This document shows, one piece after another, positions 22,274-32,115 of a stretch of 64,000 nucleotides of DNA; positions within the stretch are counted from its first letter, which is position 1, and each line of letters opens with the position of its first letter. Source of the stretch: an uncultured delta proteobacterium (GTDB taxonomy: Bacteria; Desulfobacterota; Binatia; Bin18). A model generated the notes under the pieces. It had not been told where the DNA came from. It did no database searches and saw only the letters and a program-made list of their open reading frames with translations. A program made the position numbers and the translations under genes. The stretch spans positions 96,001 to 160,000 of the forward strand of contig CAVTCR010000056.1 of the NCBI GenBank assembly GCA_963733195.1, given 5' to 3'.

Positions 22274-23491
22274 ATGTCCACGATCCCGGCATGGCTTGAT
22301 CGCCCGAATGTTCTGACGATCTCCGATTTGACCACCCAGATCCGTGACCGACTTGAGGAAGATTTTAACGATGTCTGGGTCGTCGGAGAACTCTCAAGCT
22401 TCCGCGCCCCATCGTCAGGGCATCTCTACTTCACGCTCAAAGATGAAGAGAGCCAAATCAAAGCCGTCATGTTTCGTAGCTACGCTGGGCTGCTCCGCTT
22501 TCGCCCCGAAGATGGACTGGAAGTCATCATACGAGGGCGAGTAAGTATTTACCCAGCACGCGGCGATTTGCAGTTGTATGCAACGATCATGGAGCCGCGC
22601 GGGGTCGGTGCCCAACAACTGGCGCTTGAGCAACTCAAGGCAACGTTAGCCGCAGAAGGACTCTTTGCAGCGGAACGAAAGCGTCCCTTACCATTCTTCC
22701 CGCGCTGTATTGGAATCGTGACCGCGCTTACAGGAGCGGCCATTCAGGACATGTTGACGATTCTCTATCAACGCTGCCCGTATACACGTGTCATCGTGCG
22801 TTCCACAAAAGTGCAAGGGGTTGGGGCAGGTATTGAGATTGCCGCAAGTATTCGCGATCTGAACGAACATGGCGAAGTCGAAGTCATCATTGTCGGACGT
22901 GGCGGAGGATCGCGCGAAGATCTCAATGCATTTAACGAAGAAGTGGTGGCGCGGGCGATTGCAGCCTCGGCGTCGCCTGTCGTTGCCGCTGTTGGGCACG
23001 AGATTGATCTCAGCATCGCAGACTTAGTGGCGGATCGTCGTGCGCCAACGCCTACAGCCGCAGCGGAAATGGTTGTACCGCAGTGGGAAGATTTACGCAC
23101 GCATGTCGAGAATCGATATCAGGCACTTTTTTCCGCGATCTCCCGACAACTCCTCCAACGTCAGGACGAAGTGGAGTATTTACAAAAACGCCTCCGCGAT
23201 CCGCGACAGACGATTACCACAAAACGGGAACACTTGCGTACTATGGTCGCACGACTCACGACGGCCTTTGCGCGGCGACAGGAGCAGGCACGTAGTCAAT
23301 GGCAGGAATTAGCGACGGTTCTTAACAGTCTGAGCCCCCTCGCTGTGTTAGGCCGCGGATATAGTTTGACACGGACGATCCCCGACGGAAAAGTGATCAC
23401 TGATGCAACGACACTCACTTCTGGTGATTCGGTACGTCTGACCTTTGCGAAAGGGGAGGCTCGGGCCACCATCGATGAGGTCAATGGATAA
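22274..23491 (+). CDS. xseA: Exodeoxyribonuclease VII large subunit
   Basis: SGHLYFTLKD, GRGGGS.EDL.AFN, AVGHEID, TPTAAAE, VLGRGYS. Confidence 0.95.
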   Translation: MSTIPAWLDRPNVLTISDLTTQIRDRLEEDFNDVWVVGELSSFRAPSSGHLYFTLKDEESQIKAVMFRSYAGLLRFRPEDGLEVIIRGRVSIYPARGDLQLYATIMEPRGVGAQQLALEQLKATLAAEGLFAAERKRPLPFFPRCIGIVTALTGAAIQDMLTILYQRCPYTRVIVRSTKVQGVGAGIEIAASIRDLNEHGEVEVIIVGRGGGSREDLNAFNEEVVARAIAASASPVVAAVGHEIDLSIADLVADRRAPTPTAAAEMVVPQWEDLRTHVENRYQALFSAISRQLLQRQDEVEYLQKRLRDPRQTITTKREHLRTMVARLTTAFARRQEQARSQWQELATVLNSLSPLAVLGRGYSLTRTIPDGKVITDATTLTSGDSVRLTFAKGEARATIDEVNG

Positions 23492-23740
23492 ATGAAAAAA
23501 CCGCCGGCAAAATTTGAGGATGCGTTCCAGGCCTTAGAGACGATCGTGGACAAGCTGGAACGTGGGGATTTGTCTCTCGAAGAAGCGCTGGCTGCCTACG
23601 AAGATGGGGTGACCCTGGTACGTCATTTGGGGACCAAACTCACCGAAGTCGAAAAGCGAGTTGAAGTGCTCACGCGCGATGCAGCTGGGCTGTTTCAACT
23701 GGAACCTTTAACAGAAGACGAAGACAAAGACGAACAGTGA
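23492..23740 (+). CDS. xseB: Exodeoxyribonuclease VII small subunit
   Basis: FEDAFQALETIVDKLERGDLSLEEALAAYEDG. Confidence 0.93.
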   Translation: MKKPPAKFEDAFQALETIVDKLERGDLSLEEALAAYEDGVTLVRHLGTKLTEVEKRVEVLTRDAAGLFQLEPLTEDEDKDEQ

Positions 23741-24633
23741 ACTTAGAACGATACCTGAACGAACGCGGACGACTGGTCGATCGGACGTTAAACAAGCTTC
23801 TCCCTGCGGGGAAAGCTGTCCCTCGCACCCTCGATAAAGCGATGCGTTATAGCTTGTTTTCTGGTGGTAAACGGGTGCGACCGATTCTCGCACTCGCGAG
23901 TGGGGAGGCGGTCGGCGCCCCTCTTGCTCGCGTGCTACCGTTTGCCTGTGCTTTGGAGATGATTCATTCCTACTCGCTTGTTCATGACGACCTACCAGCG
24001 ATGGATGACGATGATATGCGCCGGGGGAAGCCCACGAATCACATCGTGTTTGGTGAGGGGATTGCTGTTCTAGCTGGCGACGGCCTCCTGACTGAAGCCT
24101 TTCGCGTGATGGCAGAGGCTGCCCTCCGCCCGGCACAGGATCGTACAGCTGCCGTTCGTGCGTTACAGGAAATTGCGTTGGGTGCCGGGGCTGGCGGTAT
24201 GGTTGGAGGACAGGTGGCGGATGTTGAGGCAGAAAATAAGAAGCCGACAAAAGCGCTGGTCGAATATATTCATAGCCGCAAAACAGCGGCTCTTCTCCGG
24301 GCCTCGGTCCGCGCCGGTGCATTGGTAGGAGGAGCTACACCACGGCAGTTCACGCGACTGGATCGCTATGGTACTGCAATTGGTCTTGCGTTTCAGGTCG
24401 CGGACGACATTCTTGATATTGAAGGTGGTACAGCGAAGACCGGTAAGCGGGAAGGACGCGATGCGGAGTTACAGAAAGTAACATACCCTGCCGCGGTGGG
24501 CATGACCAGGGCGAAAACCCGTGCCCGTGAATTACTCGTGGACGCACTCGCGGCGATTCAACCGTTGGGAGTGCGTGCCGAACCGCTCCGACAGATCGCA
24601 AAGTTCGTTGTCGAACGTGCAGTACAACTGTAA
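23737..24633 (+). CDS. ispA: Farnesyl/geranylgeranyl diphosphate synthase
   Basis: GGKRVRP, HDDLPAMDDDDMRRG, FQVADDILD. Confidence 0.93.
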   Translation: MNLERYLNERGRLVDRTLNKLLPAGKAVPRTLDKAMRYSLFSGGKRVRPILALASGEAVGAPLARVLPFACALEMIHSYSLVHDDLPAMDDDDMRRGKPTNHIVFGEGIAVLAGDGLLTEAFRVMAEAALRPAQDRTAAVRALQEIALGAGAGGMVGGQVADVEAENKKPTKALVEYIHSRKTAALLRASVRAGALVGGATPRQFTRLDRYGTAIGLAFQVADDILDIEGGTAKTGKREGRDAELQKVTYPAAVGMTRAKTRARELLVDALAAIQPLGVRAEPLRQIAKFVVERAVQL

Positions 24634-24635
24634 AC

Positions 24636-25376
24636 GTGGCAGAACGTAAACGTCTCGATCTTCTTCTTGTTGAGCAGGGACTGGCTGCTAGTCGAGAACA
24701 GGCGCGGCGATTGATCATGGCTGGGGCCGTGGTTGTTAATGATCAGCGTCTGGATAAGCCGGGAACCCTTGTTTCAACGGTAGCGGTCCTACGGATCAAA
24801 GAGGGGGGGCGCTCTCCGTATGTGAGTCGTGGAGGACAAAAGGTCGAAGCAGCGCTGCACGAGTTTTCTCTCGATGTGCACGGTATCGTGGCTCTTGATG
24901 TCGGAGCTTCCACCGGAGGATTCACTGATTGTTTGCTCCAGCATGGAGCACGGAAAGTCTTTGCCGTTGATGTTGGGTATGGGCAGCTCGCGTGGTCGCT
25001 CCGACAAGATCCGCGTGTTGTTTCCATCGAGCGGACGAACATCCGTACCCTTGATCCAACTGTGCTTGATGAAATACCAACTCTTGCAGTGATTGATGTT
25101 TCGTTTATTGCTCTTGCCTTAGTCATTCCTAAGGTTCTTGAAATGGTTGCGCCGCAGGGAAAAATTGTGGCATTGGTGAAACCTCAATTTGAGGTAGGGA
25201 AGGGGAAAGTGGGCAAAGGTGGAGTGGTACGAGACCCAGCGCTTCACTCCGAGGTCGTGGCTCGTCTCCGGATGCAAGCTGAAGAATGGAATGTGGAAGT
25301 GAAAGGCGTCATTGAGTCTCCTCTTCTCGGTCCCAAAGGCAATAAAGAGTTTCTTTTATACTTACAAAAACGCTAA
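24636..25376 (+). CDS. tlyA: TlyA family rRNA methyltransferase
   Basis: S4 domain, YVSRGG, DVGASTGGFTD, KPQFE, GPKGNKEFL. Confidence 0.95.
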   Translation: MAERKRLDLLLVEQGLAASREQARRLIMAGAVVVNDQRLDKPGTLVSTVAVLRIKEGGRSPYVSRGGQKVEAALHEFSLDVHGIVALDVGASTGGFTDCLLQHGARKVFAVDVGYGQLAWSLRQDPRVVSIERTNIRTLDPTVLDEIPTLAVIDVSFIALALVIPKVLEMVAPQGKIVALVKPQFEVGKGKVGKGGVVRDPALHSEVVARLRMQAEEWNVEVKGVIESPLLGPKGNKEFLLYLQKR

Positions 25377-25443
25377 ACTCGGGAGAAAGATATTGATGGA
25401 GCAACGAGGGTGGAGCCTGGTGCTTCAGTAGCTACTACAATCT

Positions 25444-25866
25444 ATGACTGGACCATCACACCGACTCATGGCAGCCTCCGGGGCGATCTTATTTGGTGCT
25501 TCACCCGTTGAAGCGGTAGTAGCCGTGTTAGGTGGGACGCTTCCTGATCGAATTGAAAGGGTCGGTCTTCCACATCGAGGGATTTCGCATTGGCCTTGGC
25601 CCTGGGCACTTGCCGTATGGTCGTTGTGGTCACAGCAGACCCCGTGGGGAACGCTGGCTGGCTGGTGGTTTGCCGGGGCACTGTTTCACATCGGAGCTGA
25701 TCTGTTCACCGTTGGTGGCGTGCCGCTTTTGCTGCCGAATTGGCGGTGGCGCTTGGGAGTCATTCATAATGGCAGCTATGGTGAGTACATCACGGTGGCG
25801 TTCTTTATCCTGGCTGCGGTCATGCGACTCTTTCATCTACAAATTGTTCCTGTCGATGGGTTTTAG
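25444..25866 (+). CDS. YdjM-like membrane metal-dependent hydrolase
   Basis: MTGPSH, LPD, HRGISH and HIGAD motifs with hydrophobic segments. Confidence 0.8.
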   Translation: MTGPSHRLMAASGAILFGASPVEAVVAVLGGTLPDRIERVGLPHRGISHWPWPWALAVWSLWSQQTPWGTLAGWWFAGALFHIGADLFTVGGVPLLLPNWRWRLGVIHNGSYGEYITVAFFILAAVMRLFHLQIVPVDGF

Positions 25867-25917
25867 CAGCACGAGAAGCTGCTGTACCTCGTACTTCGGA
25901 ATCTGTACTCTATACGC

Positions 25918-26577
25918 ATGAAACTGACTGAACGACTCCACCGTGCGACGGCTCTTATTTGGCAGAAAACCTTGAACCATCCGTTTGTGACAAAGTTGGG
26001 AGATGGTACTTTGCCGTTGGAAAATTTTCGCTTCTATATGTGCCAGGACTATGTGTTTCTAATCGAATACAGTCGCTTGCTCGCATTGGCGACGGCGAAG
26101 GCTCCAGATCTGACGACGATGGGACGGTTTGCCAATTTACTGGACGCGACGCTGAACCGCGAGATGATGCTCCACCGAGATTTTGCCGCACAATGCGGTA
26201 TCAGTACCGAAGCATTGGCGAATACGAAAGCGGCCCCAACCACGCACGCATACACACGCCACCTTGTGCGTGTTGCCGCGTTGGGCGACCTTGCTGAGGT
26301 CGTTACGGCGTTGCTCCCTTGTCAGTGGGGGTACTGCGAAATTGGCCAGATGCTAGCGAAGCGTGGGAAACCGATAGCTGCACCTTTCTATAGTCAATGG
26401 ATTGACATGTATGCGGCCCCAGAGTTTGCGGCACTCGCTGAGTGGTTACGTGAGCTTCTCGACTCGTTGGATGGAACTATTAGTGATGAACGCCTGCAAG
26501 AGATTTTCTCTACCAGTGCTCGCTATGAGTACCTCTTCTGGGATATGGCGTACCGCTTAGAAGAATGGCCCATATAA
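25918..26577 (+). CDS. tenA: Thiaminase II
   Basis: HPFV..GTLP, QDYVFL, LLPCQWGY, WIDMY, E..FWDMAY. Confidence 0.92.
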   Translation: MKLTERLHRATALIWQKTLNHPFVTKLGDGTLPLENFRFYMCQDYVFLIEYSRLLALATAKAPDLTTMGRFANLLDATLNREMMLHRDFAAQCGISTEALANTKAAPTTHAYTRHLVRVAALGDLAEVVTALLPCQWGYCEIGQMLAKRGKPIAAPFYSQWIDMYAAPEFAALAEWLRELLDSLDGTISDERLQEIFSTSARYEYLFWDMAYRLEEWPI

Positions 26578-26667
26578 TTCCTTTATTTCCGCATACTTCT
26601 CGCCATTGTAAAAACGCTGTCCTCAGTCGTGGTTGCGTCTGGGTTGCGGATGGTTGCCGGAGGAGCG

Positions 26668-26947
26668 TCATCTAACCGGTCGACGGCCTGTCTGTTCCCG
26701 CCTGGGACGAGGTGACCGTAGGTGTCCATGGTCATGTGAATGCTGTGGTGTCCAAGCTAGTCTTTGACATAGGCCAACGACTCCCCTTGCTGAATGAGTA
26801 AGGAGGCGTAGGTGTACCGGAGATCGTGAATGCGGATGTGTCGCAAGCTGGCCTTGGCCAATATCTTCGGCCACAGTCGGCCCGCAAAGTGGCTCCGATG
26901 GCGCGGGGTGCGGTCCTGACTGATGAAGACCCATGGTGGGACCTCAT
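26668..26947 (-). pseudogene. Tyrosine recombinase/integrase C-terminal remnant
   Basis: RHIRIHDLRYTYASLLIQQGESLAYVKD*LGHHSIHMTMDTYGHL carries HxxR, LGH and Y motifs with an internal stop near 26758. Confidence 0.8.
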
Positions 26948-26949
26948 CC

Positions 26950-27390
26950 AGGCTAACCTATGATATGCACGATTAGTCTCAACAAACCCTGAGAAAACAA
27001 CCCTTACTGGTTGCGCTATTTATGGGTGTTCGGTTTGGGACTTAAAAATCAGTGAAGCTACCACCCAGCGCGACCTTGTGATTACGCCAGAAGGTGAGGC
27101 AAAAATCACCGTGGATAATCTTGAGGTTGCTCAGTTTATTTATCTGCTCTTAAACAATGCACAAATCCGCGCTGTTATCGATACCATCACTGCAAAGATA
27201 GTCTTGATTCTCGGACGATTCACGAATGAGCGAAAGCGAGTACTTGATGCACTGAGAGCAGAACTCCTTCTCCATGACTATTTACCGGTGTTGTTCGATT
27301 ACGAGAAACCGACAAACCGCGACTTGACTGAGACGATCTCCACCCTTGCTCACATGGCACGGTTTGTGATCGCTGACATTACGGATGCGA
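26950..27390 (+). pseudogene. Truncated pentapeptide-repeat-associated protein (C-terminal part)
   Basis: LTGCAIYGCSVWD, then ITVDNLEVAQFIYLLLNN..VLILGRF..PVLFD..RDLTET..RFVIADITD; both ends are missing. Confidence 0.6.
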
Positions 27391-27465
27391 CAAAAGTACT
27401 ACCTTTTACTGTACGAAAAATTAAGGAAAAATGGACACCCACTCTGCCCTCCTGCCCTGTTCTCT

Positions 27466-28870
27466 GTAGTCCCTGAAAAAGTCAGGTTGCAGGTACTGGT
27501 AGCGGATGTGCGACAAAATGGCGCCAGAGTTTCTTGAGATTCCAGGCAGAGCCGCTGAGCAGGGCATTAATGCGATCGCCGACTTTCCCTAACAGATAGT
27601 TCCGGTCCATCCCGTGGTCGTGCTTGGTGTGCCCAATGACGGGCTCAATCGCCGAGCGTCGTTTGAGCAGCTTGCTCAACTGTGGGGGGAGATTCCGGCG
27701 GCCTGCGACATAGACTGCGACTGCCTTGGGATGATAGCGCTGGACCGCGAAAGCCTTTATCGACAAAGGCTGCTTCGGGCTGCGTTCCCGTCAAACGTTT
27801 GACTTGAGTGAGCGCCGCTTTTAAGGTGCACCATCATAAGGATTGTCGTGCACGGCATCGATCCCGACAATCGAGCTCTGCCGCGAGGTAGTGACGATGG
27901 GCACTTTGCACCCAAACTCGTAGGGCTTGGGCACTTTGCCTTTGGCAATGCATTCCACTTCCGGGGCATGAACACTATAGACCTTGCCGTGATCTCGGCG
28001 TTGTTGTGTCAAGATCCGCCGCGCGACGCTCACGACCTGTTGCTGCTTTATCGAGAGCTTCAATTTCCCTCGCTCCACATTGCGCAGCACGCGCCCCAAA
28101 TACGTGCGTAGTTTGCGGGTTTCTCGCCGCGCACGCTTGAGTTGCCGCGCTGCCCCATACCGACCTTGAGTCACCAACGCGCGCTTCCCTAGCCGTACGT
28201 AGCTCTGCCGTAACTGGAAGTTACAACTCTGCGCGACCCGCACCAGCGCTTGCCGGGCCTTGTGATACAAGCGCGCATCCGTGGAAACGCGATCGCTTCT
28301 CTTGCACCGTCGTATCCACATTCACACGCTTCACTTCTGTGCGGTGAGCACCGCTTCCCGTTGCGCGCCGCCAACGATTCTTTGAGTAACTTCTCGCTCC
28401 CTTCTACGCCTACCGTTGCCGCCACTTCACTAAACTCGTCGGATCACACGGAACTCGTGGGTAAAATACTCCTCCCCACAGAAATACTGCCAATACGGAT
28501 TCTCCACCCAACTCGCCACGACTACCTCATCACTCACATTATAGAGGTACTTCAAATAGTGTAGCCCCACGAGCAGCCGGGTGGCTAACGCGGGCCGCCC
28601 CAGTTCGGCATAAAACTGACCGAATTGCCGCTCAAATTGTCGCCCAGTTCACCACGCCGGCTAAGCGACACAGCGGATGGCGACGAGTTGAGGAAGTTCT
28701 TCAATAAGACGTCTCCCGGACGGGGCGCTCGATTTTTCGCTTTTCGCCACTTCATGAAATCACCAGCTTTTGTGCCTTTCTGCTCATTTTCTGGCGATTC
28801 TAGCGCCGTCTGCTTGCTGCTGTAGCCCTCGTCTGCACTGCGCTCCCTCCACTTTTTCAGGCTCGACTAC
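27466..28870 (-). mobile_element. IS5-family insertion sequence, frameshifted transposase
   Basis: KVYSVHAPEVECIAKGK, RRSAIEPVIGH. Terminal IRs GTAGTC(GAG/C)CCTGAAAAAGT occur at both ends. Confidence 0.88.
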
Positions 28871-29185
28871 CTAATTTTTTGGTGTTGGAGTGAGGCGCCT
28901 TTGCCTGTCACGCCAACGCGCTGGCTGCCGTTGCCCGCAAGAGCAGGAAGGAAGTGAAGAAAAATAGACAAACTGTGAAGCGAGACATGGCGACAGCGAC
29001 GGGAGCGGCATTGCACGACAAAGCACGCTTGGCTGGCAACGATGGTTGATTGCTAGATACCCTCAAGGCCCCTCCTGGCTCTCCCTCGAAAATAGCGGCT
29101 TCTCTCGGCTGTGCTGCAAGGCAATGGAGAGGCTCTCTGACGACACAACCCATTTTCATTATTCGTTGTGAACCGAGGTTCATGA

Positions 29186-29989
29186 GCCACTGTCGCAATT
29201 TTCAACTGTAAGCGAGCAAGATTATCACTTTTGTGTATCTATACAGCCAGGGCATAGAACTGCTCCGCCGGCGTTTGTGACTCATTCTCCACAGCGAGCA
29301 ACTGCCCCTTACGAATGACATGCATAACTTCTTTGCCGGCGATCGTACAGCGGGCGGACCAAAAGGACTTGAAGCCGAGCATCGGATGTGTGATCCGTTT
29401 CACCGCTCAATGATCCTGCTCCACGAGGTTATTGAGATACTTGGAGTGGCGGATAATGATGGCGGTCTTATGGGTCCTGTTGTAGCGTGTAATCGCTGCC
29501 GTATTCGCCCCACTCTGATCGATAGTGATTTTCTCTGGGAGTCCTTGATTGGGAATGGCTTTACGTAAGAAGGCTTCAGCGGCGTCGAGATCGCGCTGTG
29601 GCGTGAGCAGAAAATCAATGGTGCGGCCCTCTTTGTCGACGGCACGATAGAGATAGGCCCATTGCCCCTTGAATTTTTACGTAGGTTCCATCAAGCCGCC
29701 AGTTGCGTCCTACCCAGCGTTGTCTGCACCCGAGCTGCTTCTCCACCTCCGGCGCATATTTGATGACCCACTGGTCGAGGGTGGAATGATCCCCCGCAAC
29801 GCTACGCTCGCCCCTTATCTCCTCGAGCTGCCGATAGGAGATGGGATACGCGACATACCACCGCACGGCCCACAAGATAACCTCCCGCTCGAAGTGCCGT
29901 CCTTTAAAGTTCATCATGCCGCCGCTCCTCTATCTCAGAGATCAGGGGAGCAGCATAGCGGAATACCCATCACGGGCAACGTTGCGACA
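29186..29989 (-). mobile_element. IS6-family element (degraded); its left IR is split by the IS110 insertion, with the remaining bases at 31400-31404
   Basis: FKGRHFEREVILWAVRWY..SYRQLEE, WRLD.TYVK, YLNN.IE.DH. IR GCCACTGTCGCAA at 29186-29198 resembles IS26 GGCACTGTTGCAAA. Confidence 0.85.
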
Positions 29990-31399
29990 TATATGGACCG
30001 TACCCCCTTTGCAAGGTGATTCTTGAAGATGACAAGATAAGGATTCAGTTGCGGACATATATGCGGCTTTCGTCGGAAAGTACGGAGACTTTCCAGCCCT
30101 GAAGGATTCCGCGCGTGCTCGCCTCAACAAAACCCAGACCTCGAAAGGGCCGTGTCGCAACGCAGGCTCTGAGCACGCTGGTCTGACCTGTAATGCCATC
30201 ACTCGTTTCTCACCTTCGCAACCGTCGGTAAGCGGAACGCACAGATGTCACAGAAATGGTTAGTCCTCTCGCGCCAAGAGACCGGGCCTCTCCTACGCCG
30301 CTTTGCGGTACTCGGCCTCACTGGTCAACAATGCCCAGGCAATGCGCGCATTCTTGTTGGCAATCGCCACCGTCGCAATATTTTTGCCCCGGCGCTGTTC
30401 CAGACTCATGATCCACCGACTGCGGGCATCGGTCTTACGGCGGGCGCGGTGGACTGTCGCCCGCGCCCCGTGAATTAATAATGTTCGGAGGTAGCGGTCC
30501 CCCCGCTTGCTGATTCCTAACAGACGCTCCTTCCCTCCACTGGAGCATTGCCGGGGGACTAACCCCAACCACGCCGCCATATGCCGCCCATTGGCAAACT
30601 CCGTGGCGGTGCCGACCGCGGCGACCAGCGCGGTGGCGATCACCGGCCCGATCCCTTCCCCTGCGCCAGCTTCTGGCACTGCGGCACTCTCAGCAAAGAC
30701 ACGTTGCACCAGGCGGTCTGCACGCAGTAACTCGTGCGTCAAGCGCGACGAGCTGCTTCATACAACTCGCGCATCACTTCCCGAGCCAAGGGGGTCAGGG
30801 CGTTACCCTCATCTTCCACAATCACCGGGAGCTGCTTCCGCAGCCTGGTGATCCCTTGGGCGAATGACGATTCCCCGCTCCGCCAGCAGGCCCCGCACTT
30901 GATTGACCAGGGCGGTACGCTCTTTAATGAGGAGGCTGCGCATCCGGTGGATCGCTTGAATATCTTGGCTCTCCACGGTCTTGAGTGGCACGAAGCGCAT
31001 GTGCGGCCGCGAGACCGCCTCACAGCTTGCCTCGGCATCACGACTATCGTTCTTATTGCCTTTGACGTACGGCTTGACGAACTGAGGGCTAATCAACTTC
31101 ACCGTGTGCCCCAGCTGCTGCAACTCCCGCGCCCAATCTTGTGCACTCCCTCACGCTTCCATCCCAATGACACAGGGAGGTAGCTGCGCGACCGTTGCCA
31201 GGAGCTTGCTCCGCGTCACGCGTTTCTGTAGGGCGACTTTGCCGTGCTGCAGTTACCCCATGCAGTTGGAAGATGCTTTTGGCCAAATCAATCCTGAGTG
31301 TCGTGACTTTCATAGTGAACCCTCCCTCTCTCGTATAATGGTGGATATATTCTGATCCATCATGAGACCCTTGTGTGAGGGGGGCGGTCCATTCCATTA
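29990..31399 (-). mobile_element. IS110-family, IS1111-type element; transposase 30293-31313, frameshifted
   Basis: IDLAK, KGNKND..DAEA, GLVPRQCSSGGK, GISKRG. Subterminal IRs ATGGACCG(TA)CCCC; ends TAATGGAATGGACC...GGTCCATATA; ~300 nt 3' non-coding end. Confidence 0.9.
30040..30205 (-). ncRNA. Putative bridge/seekRNA of the IS1111-type element (boundaries approximate)
   Basis: Stem GCGTGCTC/GAGCACGC plus GCCT/AGGC encloses an internal loop whose two strands match the insertion-site flanks. A second loop contains CATATAT, matching the circle junction. Confidence 0.75.
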
Positions 31400-31433
31400 A
31401 AGCCTCGGAAACTCCTCCCGCCCCTTCGTCGGC

Positions 31434-31460
31434 TCAAGATTGCTGAGGAAGTGCCGATAC
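31434..31460 (+). promoter_or_regulatory. sigma28-like promoter upstream of ORF 31500
   Basis: TCAA-N15-GCCGATAC. Confidence 0.55.
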
Positions 31461-31499
31461 ACGGGAAGGAACAGGAATAGGTAAGAAGGAGGAAACCCG

Positions 31500-31883
31500 A
31501 TGGAAGCTGACAACGACCCCAACCTCAAGCAGGCGATGGCGGAGATCTCCGCCATTTGCCAGCACTATGGAGTCGGCGCAGCCGTCGCACTGGTCTCACC
31601 GATGCACGCAGAGTGGGCGTACCGCATGCCGCCGTGGGGGCGGGTCTCCTTTACCGACGGCGGGATTCGCATCCGCGCCGCGCGCACCGAGTTCCCCTCA
31701 CGTGAAGCTCATCGCCAGGCCGTGGAGCTGACAGCGCATCTCATCCTCCAACTGCGCGACATGGGCTACCAGTTCTACCGCGAGATGGCCGCGCTCGCCG
31801 ACCTGCTAGCCGAACAGGTCAAGATCGAGCACACGCCCTACGGCGGCGAGGACCAGAGCAGGCTGCGGCCTAAGGGCCACTGA
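31500..31883 (+). CDS. Hypothetical protein (127 aa), possibly of phage/mobile origin
   Basis: Strong AGGAGG RBS; visibly higher GC than its flanks; no domain recognised with confidence. Confidence 0.7.
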   Translation: MEADNDPNLKQAMAEISAICQHYGVGAAVALVSPMHAEWAYRMPPWGRVSFTDGGIRIRAARTEFPSREAHRQAVELTAHLILQLRDMGYQFYREMAALADLLAEQVKIEHTPYGGEDQSRLRPKGH

Positions 31884-32115
31884 GCATGAGCGGAACGTTA
31901 GTGCACAGACCCCAAACACCCTAAAAAAGGAATTTTGTGAGCAAAAGAAGGAACGACTTCGACAAAAATTCCTCTTTACTTGCTCGTCTAGGAAGGAGCG
32001 TTTGCGAGAACACGGTTGAGTTCAGATGCAAAAAACTGCACGAGAATCATATCGAAGAGGTGTCCATCCCACTGGGTGCCAGTGGGGTTTGCTCTGGGCG
32101 CTTTGATCGTTGCTC

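Noticed and set aside
26600-26670. Possible att site or tRNA fragment next to the integrase remnant (GGTTGC repeats)
   Set aside because: No tRNA cloverleaf and no matching direct repeat found at the other side of the island.
28870-29185. Short ORF 28908-29198 between IS5 and IS6
   Set aside because: No RBS or recognisable motif; it overlaps the IS6 end.
29178-31412. Target-site duplication around the IS6 element
   Set aside because: The flanking 8-mers (GTTCATGA vs TCGGAAAC) do not match.
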